This document shows, one piece after another, positions 1-5,813 of a stretch of 34,164 nt of DNA. A program made the position numbers and the translations under genes. The notes beneath the pieces were generated by a model that was not told the origin of the DNA, searched no databases, and saw only the letters and a list, made by a program, of their open reading frames with translations. The stretch comes from a virus (taxonomy: Duplodnaviria > Heunggongvirae > Uroviricota > Caudoviricetes > Crassvirales): the IMG/VR virus record IMGVR_UViG_2974732849_000001; one strand, 5' to 3'. Each line of letters begins with the position of its first letter. Position 1 is the first letter of the stretch.

Positions 1-90
1 GGAGGTGAGGTTGGTGTTACCACCCCTCATAGAAATATCACAAAAAAAAATATTATAAAAAAAAAAATTATTCTAAATTATTGTTATATA

Positions 91-122
91 TTTGCATATA
101 TCAGATTTTTTACTTACCTTTG
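91..122 (+). promoter_or_regulatory. Bacteroidota primary-sigma promoter P1
   Basis: -33 TTTG (91-94) and -7 TACCTTTG (115-122, consensus TAnnTTTG), 20-nt spacer. Confidence 0.85.
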
Positions 123-129
123 CAGTTGT

Positions 130-470
130 GTTGGAGTAGCAAGTACTTCAGGATAGAGAATCATCAACTCTTAAAAGCATAGATGACCCCTTGTAATCAG
201 GAGTTTACTTGGGCACAGCAGCTTAGGAAAGTAAAGGATACTAAGAAGGCTACAGGCAAGTGCCCCACTTGAAGAGGATTACAAATAAGTATTTAGCCGA
301 GCTTTAGGCCAAGTCTTCAAGGGTGGTGTAAAAGACTACAGAGATAACACAGAGTGAGAACTAATAATATATAAACGGGGTAAAAGACTGATTATAAGGA
401 TGCAAGCCATAATGCTGGCAGGGTCTCTTTATATTTTAAGAAAAGGTTTGATAATTCTAGATTCTGTTGG
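130..470 (+). ncRNA. Candidate structured ncRNA or long leader, family unknown
   Basis: Long-range pairings 157-162/460-465, 163-167/448-452, 170-176/434-440, 181-189/421-428, 191-198/277-284, 211-216/260-265; no convincing ORF; starts just after P1. Confidence 0.5.
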
Positions 471-507
471 AATAAAGGGTAATAGGATAAAATTACAAAT
501 AATAAAA

Positions 508-1086
508 ATGGGAAATTTATTAATAGGAACACATAATAGTGCCACAGGTGAGAAGGGCAAAGGAATATTAAGTTGGTTAGTTACTCCCTTCTCTAAGACA
601 CAGTCAAAAACTATAGAAGAGCAATATAATGCAGGTTGCACAATGTTTGATATAAGATTTAAACAAGATAAGGATAAAGTTGTTATATGTAAGCATGGCC
701 TTTGGTCATCAAAGAGAACTTTAGAATCTATATTAAACCAAATAAATAATTATGGAAACTGTTTAGTATCCTTAACATATGAGGGCAAATCTAATACCTT
801 CCTACAGCACCAATCTCTCATAGGATACTATGAATATATAAAAAAGAAATACCCTAATATAACTTGGCAATATTTAGCAGTAAAATATGGTAAAAATTCC
901 CAAGGAATTAAATGTAGATATGATATGCTGAAAGTAGACTTGTCTATAAAGACAGTACAAGGTTTTCTACCTCTAGATGGCAGAAGTTGGCATACTTACC
1001 TACCAATACCTTGGTTATTTAAAAAAATATATAATGATACTCCAACATTTAATAATGAATATTATACTTACGTAGATTTTTTATGA
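508..1086 (+). CDS. PI-PLC X-domain-like phosphodiesterase (probable start 508; track start 400)
   Basis: GTHNS and EQYNAGCTMFDIRF motifs, then HG, match the PI-PLC X-box pattern; ATG 508 has an A-rich upstream context. Confidence 0.7.
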   Translation: MGNLLIGTHNSATGEKGKGILSWLVTPFSKTQSKTIEEQYNAGCTMFDIRFKQDKDKVVICKHGLWSSKRTLESILNQINNYGNCLVSLTYEGKSNTFLQHQSLIGYYEYIKKKYPNITWQYLAVKYGKNSQGIKCRYDMLKVDLSIKTVQGFLPLDGRSWHTYLPIPWLFKKIYNDTPTFNNEYYTYVDFL

Positions 1087-1484
1087 GAATAACTAAAGAA
1101 TTATTAAAGGAGAAACTGTTAAGATGGGTGTGGAAATTTCCACAAAGTTTTGTTGCATTATGCTTAGAGGGTGTAATATGTTCATATTCTATACAGAAAG
1201 GCATAGATAGCAGAATTTTTATTATCAATACATTATTACCCTCCTCTATATCTTTAGGAGATTTTATATTTATACGCCCACATTCTTCTGAGAAATCCAT
1301 TAAACATGAGTTAGGACATAGTAAACAGTCTGATATACTAGGCCCCTTATACCTAATAATAATAGGCATTCCATCATTACTAAATAATATATCTCTTCAC
1401 TTATGTAGAAAAGTTGGAATTAAATGGGATTATTATAAATTCTACACAGAAAGGTGGGCTAATAGGTTAGCAGGAATTACTTAG
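1083..1484 (+). CDS. Membrane-associated protein with HExxH zinc-binding motif
   Basis: KHELGHSKQS, hydrophobic LGPLYLIIIGIPSLL, distal FYTERWA; 4-nt overlap with upstream gene. Confidence 0.6.
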   Translation: MRITKELLKEKLLRWVWKFPQSFVALCLEGVICSYSIQKGIDSRIFIINTLLPSSISLGDFIFIRPHSSEKSIKHELGHSKQSDILGPLYLIIIGIPSLLNNISLHLCRKVGIKWDYYKFYTERWANRLAGIT

Positions 1485-1571
1485 AAGTATATAAATAAAG
1501 AATAATTTAACCCTCTTTACTCCTTCAAGACAAGAAAATGATACTTTGGGTTTAAAATAATTGGGAAAAAG

Positions 1572-1603
1572 TTTGGTTATTTGAAAAATAATACTTACCT
1601 TTG
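1572..1603 (+). promoter_or_regulatory. Bacteroidota promoter P2 driving the tRNA array
   Basis: TTTG (1572-1575), 20 nt, TACCTTTG (1596-1603). Confidence 0.85.
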
Positions 1604-1644
1604 CAGTGTCAAAGAGAAGAAGATAAGAAATGTGTTTTAGGATT

Positions 1645-1720
1645 AAAGAAGTACTACCTTTTTTTTTCTTGATAATCTGTTCATACTTGCGTATTTCTAA
1701 CATAAAGGTAGTACTTCTTT
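1645..1720. repeat. Perfect 17-bp inverted repeat with 42-nt spacer in the tRNA-operon leader
   Basis: AAAGAAGTACTACCTTT (1645-1661) / AAAGGTAGTACTTCTTT (1704-1720). Confidence 0.9.
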
Positions 1721-1730
1721 TTCTTTATTT

Positions 1731-1801
1731 TGTCTTGTGGTGTAAAGGTAACACATGGGTCTTTGGTCCCCACATTGTAGGTTCGAGTCCTGCCAAGACA
1801 A
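1731..1801 (+). tRNA. trnQ: tRNA-Gln(UUG)
   Basis: Cloverleaf: TGTCTTG/CAAGACA acceptor, loop CT-TTG-GT, TTCGAGT T-loop. Confidence 0.9.
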
Positions 1802-1810
1802 CAAGAAGAT

Positions 1811-1882
1811 GCCCTCTTAGTACAAAGGACAGTACATAAGTCTTCTAAACTTAGAATATAGGTTCGATTCCTATAGGGGGTA
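1811..1882 (+). tRNA. trnR: tRNA-Arg(UCU)
   Basis: GCCCTCT/AGGGGGT acceptor, TAAGT-CTTCTAA-ACTTA anticodon arm. Confidence 0.92.
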
Positions 1883-1890
1883 CTTGTTAT

Positions 1891-1962
1891 GGGGATGTAG
1901 ACTATGGGTTAGGTCATAGCCCTTTCAAGGCTAAGGATAAGGTTCAAGTCCTTACTTCCCTA
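1891..1962 (+). tRNA. trnE: tRNA-Glu(UUC)
   Basis: TAGCC-CTTTCAA-GGCTA anticodon arm, TAAGG-TTCAAGT-CCTTA T arm. Confidence 0.9.
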
Positions 1963-1967
1963 CTAAT

Positions 1968-2040
1968 AGATTATGTGGTGTAGTGGTCTGCATATCACAC
2001 TGTCAATGTGAAGGCTAGGGTTCAATTCCCTCATAATCTG
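1968..2040 (+). tRNA. trnD: tRNA-Asp(GUC)
   Basis: AGATTATG/CATAATCT stem, TCACA-CTGTCAA-TGTGA anticodon arm, G discriminator. Confidence 0.88.
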
Positions 2041-2086
2041 CCCCGTTTATAAGAAAGTCCTATATCACAGCGGTGATTAGGCAAAT

Positions 2087-2171
2087 GGAAAGGTAACTGA
2101 ATGGGATTCAGCCTAGTCTTGAAAACTAAGGGAACAGTAAAATGTTTGGGGGTCGGGACCTCATCTTTCCG
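2087..2171 (+). tRNA. trnS: tRNA-Ser(UGA)
   Basis: GGAAAG/CTTTCC acceptor, CTAGT-CTTGAAA-ACTAA, long variable arm; atypical T-loop. Confidence 0.75.
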
Positions 2172-2209
2172 CTAAATAGATGTGTTCATTGACTTATTGG
2201 TAAGGAATT

Positions 2210-2295
2210 GGAGAGTAAACCTAAAAGGTTTTAGGGACTGTCTGCTAAACAGATTGTACTAGCAATGGTATGTGTTTCGAGTACACTGCTCTCCG
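2210..2295 (+). tRNA. trnS: tRNA-Ser(GCU)
   Basis: GGAGAG/CTCTCC acceptor, loop CT-GCT-AA, long variable arm. Confidence 0.85.
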
Positions 2296-2315
2296 CTAAA
2301 TAATAAAAAAAAAAT

Positions 2316-2390
2316 AGGGAATTAGTCCAGTTAGGTTAGGATGCAGCATTTGGGATGCTGAGGTCAAGAGTTCGAGTCTCTTATTCCCTA
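2316..2390 (+). tRNA. trnP: tRNA-Pro(UGG)
   Basis: AGGGAAT/ATTCCCT, CAGCA-TTTGGGA-TGCTG. Confidence 0.92.
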
Positions 2391-2402
2391 CTAATCATTA
2401 AT

Positions 2403-2475
2403 GGGGAGGTAGCATAAATGGATAATGCGCTAGATTTGCACTCTGGAAGATTGGGTTCGAGTCCCACCTGCTCCA
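2403..2475 (+). tRNA. trnA: tRNA-Ala(UGC)
   Basis: CTAGA-TTTGCAC-TCTGG anticodon arm, TGGG-TTCGAGT-CCCA. Confidence 0.88.
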
Positions 2476-2559
2476 CATTGTTTTCTTGTTTTTCATAATA
2501 CCAAGCTTTGCTTGAACCCTCTTTTGGGTAGTTAGAGGTTAAAGAAACTGCCCTATCAA

Positions 2560-2633
2560 TGCTCCTTAGTTCAGTGGTTCAGAATAGTTCCCTTACAAGG
2601 AAAAGGTCATAGGTTCGAGTCCTATAGGAGCAA
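2560..2633 (+). tRNA. trnV: tRNA-Val(UAC)
   Basis: TGCTCCT/AGGAGCA, loop CT-TAC-AA. Confidence 0.92.
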
Positions 2634-2638
2634 CTAAT

Positions 2639-2710
2639 GGGGATATAGCTGGAAGGTCTATGCACTTGGCTGTTAACCAAGAGATAAAAGTTCGATTCTT
2701 TTTATCCCCG
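2639..2710 (+). tRNA. trnN: tRNA-Asn(GUU)
   Basis: GGGGATA/TATCCCC, CTTGG-CTGTTAA-CCAAG. Confidence 0.92.
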
Positions 2711-2718
2711 CAAATTCT

Positions 2719-2790
2719 AGGTTCTTAGTTTAATTGGCAAAACACTTCTCTCCAAAAGAAGAGTTATGGGTTCGATTCCTTTAGAATCTG
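2719..2790 (+). tRNA. trnW: tRNA-Trp(CCA)
   Basis: AGGTTCT/AGAATCT, CTTCT-CTCCAAA-AGAAG. Confidence 0.9.
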
Positions 2791-2796
2791 CATTAT

Positions 2797-2868
2797 TGGC
2801 ACATCTTCTAATGGTCAGGAAGCTACTCTGATAAGGTAGTAATCAAGGTTCAATTCCTTGTGTGCCAA
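2797..2868 (+). tRNA. trnI: tRNA-Ile(GAU)
   Basis: TGGCACA/TGTGCCA, CTACT-CTGATAA-GGTAG. Confidence 0.88.
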
Positions 2869-2874
2869 CTATAT

Positions 2875-2946
2875 TCTGATGTACTTCAATGGTAGAAGGC
2901 TGCTCTCATAAGGCAGTAGCTAGTGGTTCGAGTCCACTCATCAGAA
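2875..2946 (+). tRNA. trnM: tRNA with CAU anticodon (elongator Met, or Ile2 if lysidine-modified)
   Basis: TCTGATG/CATCAGA, CTGCT-CTCATAA-GGCAG. Confidence 0.88.
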
Positions 2947-2966
2947 CTAGGTTAATGCCTTAATAT

Positions 2967-3040
2967 ACTCACTTAGCTCAGTAGGTTAGAGCAGGAATCT
3001 TATACATTCAAGGTCAATGGTTCAAATCCATTAGTGAGTA
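2967..3040 (+). tRNA. trnI: tRNA-Ile(UAU), rare anticodon
   Basis: ACTCACT/AGTGAGT, canonical D arm GCTC..GAGC, loop CT-TAT-AC, AATGG-TTCAAAT-CCATT. Confidence 0.88.
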
Positions 3041-3045
3041 CTAAT

Positions 3046-3119
3046 GTTCCTATAGCTGAATTGGTTAAAGCAACAGTCTCTTAAACTGTGGACTCTGGGT
3101 TCAAGTCCCAGTGGGAACA
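3046..3119 (+). tRNA. trnK: tRNA-Lys(CUU)
   Basis: GTTCCTA/TGGGAAC, ACAGT-CTCTTAA-ACTGT. Confidence 0.92.
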
Positions 3120-3124
3120 CTCAT

Positions 3125-3196
3125 TTCCCTAAAGCATTGGTGGTGATGCTAGAGACCTTTAATCTCTGGAACTAGGTTCGACTCCTAGTGGGGAAA
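3125..3196 (+). tRNA. trnK: tRNA-Lys(UUU), C33 instead of U33
   Basis: TTCCCTA/TGGGGAA, AGAGA-CCTTTAA-TCTCT. Confidence 0.82.
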
Positions 3197-3226
3197 CATA
3201 ATTGTTTAACTCCAAATTTTACAGTT

Positions 3227-3334
3227 ATGAGAAGAGTTCTTTCTTTTATTAAGAAAGCTGGTAATGTTTATGTAAGAATCATTGCTAAGAGTCAGATGAT
3301 GACTCCTACAGGGTCTATTCCAATACCGGAATAA
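3227..3334 (+). CDS. 35-aa small protein MRRVLSFIKKAGNVYVRIIAKSQMMTPTGSIPIPE
   Basis: Hand translation; below the ORF-track cutoff; A/T-rich upstream; amphipathic N-half and TPTGxIP tail. Confidence 0.55.
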   Translation: MRRVLSFIKKAGNVYVRIIAKSQMMTPTGSIPIPE

Positions 3335-3360
3335 CCCTTCATTTGGAGGTAAACTAATTA

Positions 3361-3443
3361 GGGGTAGCTTTAATGTGATGAATTAAAGAGGACTGTAAAT
3401 CCTCTGCCATGTGCTATTTAAGGTTTGATTCCTTTCTGCCCCA
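3361..3443 (+). tRNA. trnY: tRNA-Tyr(GUA)
   Basis: GGGGTAG/CTGCCCC, GAGGA-CTGTAAA-TCCTC, long variable arm. Confidence 0.88.
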
Positions 3444-3510
3444 CTTCAATAGAAATCAAAGTCCTTGACTTATGGAAGGTGATGCAGGTAGAGATGCAAA
3501 TAAGTCATTT

Positions 3511-3585
3511 GGGTACTGGGCAAGTCTGGTGACATTGCGTGAGACTGAAAATCTCAAGAATAAAGTTCGATTCTTTGAGTACCCA
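3511..3585 (+). tRNA. trnF: tRNA-Phe(GAA)
   Basis: GGGTACT/AGTACCC, TGAGA-CTGAAAA-TCTCA. Confidence 0.92.
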
Positions 3586-3591
3586 CCTAAT

Positions 3592-3678
3592 ACTCCTGTG
3601 ATGGAATTGGAATACATACTGACTTTAAAAGGTTAGGGCCTGAAATAAGGATTAGAAGTTCGACTCTTCTCAGGAGTA
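3592..3678 (+). tRNA. trnL: tRNA-Leu(UAA)-like with 8-nt anticodon loop
   Basis: ACTCCTG/CAGGAGT, long variable arm, CTGAC-TTTAAAAG-GTTAG. Confidence 0.7.
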
Positions 3679-3681
3679 TAT

Positions 3682-3763
3682 GCCCAAGTATGCGAATTGG
3701 TATAGCAGCAGCACTTAGGATGCTGTGGGTAAGACATTGTGGGTTCGACTCCCACCTTGGGTA
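3682..3763 (+). tRNA. trnL: tRNA-Leu(UAG)
   Basis: GCCCAAG/CTTGGGT, CAGCA-CTTAGGA-TGCTG, long variable arm. Confidence 0.92.
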
Positions 3764-3795
3764 CTAAAAATAATTTGAAAATAATTAAGTAAATG

Positions 3796-3827
3796 CTTGG
3801 TTATATCATAAGTTTTACTTAACTTTG
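3796..3827 (+). promoter_or_regulatory. Bacteroidota promoter P3
   Basis: CTTG (3796-3799), 20 nt, TAACTTTG (3820-3827). Confidence 0.75.
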
Positions 3828-3847
3828 CATTATTAAAATAAGAGAAT

Positions 3848-4294
3848 ATGTTTGAGGAAGAGAGTTTATTTACTCCAATAGAATCAGATAGGGATATGTT
3901 ATCCGGTTCTTCACAACTATTCATAGATTTCTTGAATCAGATTGAAGGTTGGAAGACTAAATGTAAGAATCTACATTGGGCAGCTCCTAAAAAGAATATA
4001 CATGTATATCTTGATGAGTTCCTTGAAATCCTATCAGACTACCAAGATAGTCTTGCAGAAGGTTACATGGGTATCCTAGGTAAGATGCAGCCTAATGCTA
4101 TCAAAGGCACTTCAAGTGATGCATTGAATGCTTACACATTTATAGCAGAGGTTAAATCTGCCACCTTAGCATTTTATGCTAAGATACCACAGGATGTTAT
4201 CTATAAGGGTATTACTTCAGAATGTGAGACTTTCATTCAGAACATCAACAAGTATGATTACTTGTTCCACTTATGTGATATAAGACCATATTAA
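3848..4294 (+). CDS. Dps/ferritin-like protein
   Basis: NLHWAA...IHVYLDEF...YQDSLAE pattern of the Dps-type ferroxidase four-helix bundle. Confidence 0.7.
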   Translation: MFEEESLFTPIESDRDMLSGSSQLFIDFLNQIEGWKTKCKNLHWAAPKKNIHVYLDEFLEILSDYQDSLAEGYMGILGKMQPNAIKGTSSDALNAYTFIAEVKSATLAFYAKIPQDVIYKGITSECETFIQNINKYDYLFHLCDIRPY

Positions 4295-4300
4295 GACACC

Positions 4301-4373
4301 GTCCCCTTAGTGTTAATGGTTAGCAAGCTTGTCTTGTAAACAAGAAGAGAAGGTTCAAATCCTTTAGGGGACT
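4301..4373 (+). tRNA. trnT: tRNA-Thr(UGU)
   Basis: GTCCCCT/AGGGGAC, CTTGT-CTTGTAA-ACAAG. Confidence 0.92.
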
Positions 4374-4389
4374 CACAAGTTACTAAAAG

Positions 4390-4575
4390 CTGTCTTACCT
4401 ACAGTGAGAGAGTAACACCTAATGCTACTAGGTAAATCTAGCAGGAGCTGACCTGCGCCAACTTAAATTAAAAAGCTGAAACTAAAATTAGAGTTCAGTA
4501 GATGTAGGTGATTAGGGGTGCAAGTTAAGGTGATACTTGCAATGCCTAAGTACCAGTTACCCAAATCTTAGGCTC
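4390..4575 (+). ncRNA. Candidate multi-stem ncRNA between tRNA-Thr and tRNA-Gly
   Basis: Stems 4395-4403/4503-4511, 4441-4445/4452-4456, 4476-4480/4495-4499, 4519-4525/4535-4541, 4544-4550/4567-4573; no ORF. Confidence 0.5.
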
Positions 4576-4577
4576 TT

Positions 4578-4649
4578 GTAGATATGGTGTTAGCGGTAGC
4601 ATATGACATTGCCAATGTCAAGGGGTCAGTTCAAGTCTGATTATCTACT
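4578..4649 (+). tRNA. trnG: tRNA-Gly(GCC)
   Basis: GTAGATA/TATCTAC, TGACA-TTGCCAA-TGTCA. Confidence 0.9.
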
Positions 4650-4653
4650 CAAT

Positions 4654-4724
4654 GTGGGATTAGTGTAATGGTAACATGTAACCCTTCCAAGGTTAATTTG
4701 ACAGTTCGAGTCTGTTATCCCACT
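4654..4724 (+). tRNA. trnG: tRNA-Gly(UCC)
   Basis: GTGGGAT/ATCCCAC, TAACC-CTTCCAA-GGTTA. Confidence 0.92.
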
Positions 4725-4731
4725 CTAACAT

Positions 4732-4801
4732 CGCGGAGAGAATTGGTATTCAATCCAGTCTCATAAGCTGGACTCCAAGTGTTCGATTCACTTCTCCGCA
4801 A
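4732..4801 (+). tRNA. trnfM: Initiator-like tRNA-fMet(CAU), shortened D arm
   Basis: CGCGGAG/CTCCGCA with C1:A72 mismatch, loop CT-CAT-AA. Confidence 0.75.
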
Positions 4802-4816
4802 CTAGTTTAAATTGAT

Positions 4817-5017
4817 ATGGAAAAGAGTAGAATGGCAAGGACTAAGATAGAGAAGGGTCAAGAAGTGCATCAGACTATGCATGCTTTGACTGCTGATAAT
4901 CTTAGGGGAATTGTGAAGGAAGCCAATTCCTTAGGGATTAAAAGAGAAGATATAGTCTCTCTCTTAGAGGAAAGAGGTCAGTATGTATTAATATACTATT
5001 ATGGAGGAGAAGCTTAA
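4817..5017 (+). CDS. Hypothetical protein
   Basis: ORF track; first of a tightly packed, overlapping gene run. Confidence 0.7.
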   Translation: MEKSRMARTKIEKGQEVHQTMHALTADNLRGIVKEANSLGIKREDIVSLLEERGQYVLIYYYGGEA

Positions 5018-5327
5018 TTTAGTAGAGAGAGCATTGATGAGTGAGGAGGAGTTCAAGAAGTATCTGGGAAACAAGGCAGATATAGTAGAGGACCCACTTA
5101 CAGAGACTCTTAATTTAAGAGATTATAGAGCTGTTGGTAAGTTTAAATCAATTAGGAGAGCCATAAGAAAAGGGTTAGTATCTCCTTCAGGCACTATATG
5201 TCCTAAGAGACCTTTCAATAACAGAGCTAATACTAGCAGAAGGAAAGGGCACCACAGCAGAGTAATGAATGAAGTAAAGAAGTCAATATATGGACAACTC
5301 AAACACAGAAGGGCAGAATACCTATAA
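5001..5327 (+). CDS. Basic hypothetical protein
   Basis: ORF track; K/R-rich C-half. Confidence 0.7.
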   Translation: MEEKLNLVERALMSEEEFKKYLGNKADIVEDPLTETLNLRDYRAVGKFKSIRRAIRKGLVSPSGTICPKRPFNNRANTSRRKGHHSRVMNEVKKSIYGQLKHRRAEYL

Positions 5328-5508
5328 TGAGGAGCCTGTTCTATATTGCAAGCATTGTTTATCCTTGAAGGTGAGATTTGTACCTAGGATGAAGGATTCG
5401 GATTATTGTGATGAGTGTGGCTCTACTGATATTGGGGAGTGCTCAATAGAAGAGTGGGAGACTAATTATAGGAACAGGTACGGACATAAATATTTGGAAA
5501 ACTATTAA
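5290..5508 (+). CDS. Zinc-ribbon protein
   Basis: CKHC...CDEC four-Cys motif. Confidence 0.7.
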   Translation: MDNSNTEGQNTYNEEPVLYCKHCLSLKVRFVPRMKDSDYCDECGSTDIGECSIEEWETNYRNRYGHKYLENY

Positions 5509-5520
5509 ATATAAAATGAT

Positions 5521-5805
5521 ATGGGAGAAAAGGAAGAACTTAGGCAGGAACAGCCATCTAAGATGAGTTATGAACAGTTGGAGAATGTGGCTCATCAATT
5601 GAGTGAACAAGTTAAGCAGTTGTACATGAGCCTTCAGAAATCTAATCTGGAGAATACATTCCAAAGACTTAACTATTTATTTAAGGTGGTAGAAAATGGT
5701 CACGCATTTAAGCCGGATTTCTTGAATAAGTGTACAGAGGAAATTGAAAATATAATGGCGATTCCTGAGGAGGACACCAAGGAAGAAGGTAAGGAAGAAA
5801 AGTAA
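5521..5805 (+). CDS. Hypothetical coiled-coil protein
   Basis: ORF track; helical heptad pattern. Confidence 0.7.
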   Translation: MGEKEELRQEQPSKMSYEQLENVAHQLSEQVKQLYMSLQKSNLENTFQRLNYLFKVVENGHAFKPDFLNKCTEEIENIMAIPEEDTKEEGKEEK

Positions 5806-5813
5806 ATATCATC

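Noticed and set aside
183-272. 29-aa ORF MTPCNQEFTWAQQLRKVKDTKKATGKCPT
   Set aside because: Lies within predicted helices, has no motif, and this length is expected by chance
130-470. RNase P RNA call
   Set aside because: Some loop-like motifs (GGTGGTGTAAAAGAC, ATGCAAG) are present, but the universal P4 strands GAGGAAAGUCC and CCGGCUUA are absent
2040-2086. Theta/HDV-like ribozyme after tRNA-Asp (G start, TCCT L3-like motif, GCAAA)
   Set aside because: P1 has several mismatches and P2 and P3 cannot be formed; a simple CCTA-ATCAC/GTGAT-TAGG hairpin explains the segment
4390-4575. tmRNA call
   Set aside because: No tRNA-like domain (no acceptor stem or T-arm), too short, and the putative tag does not end in the usual Ala-Ala
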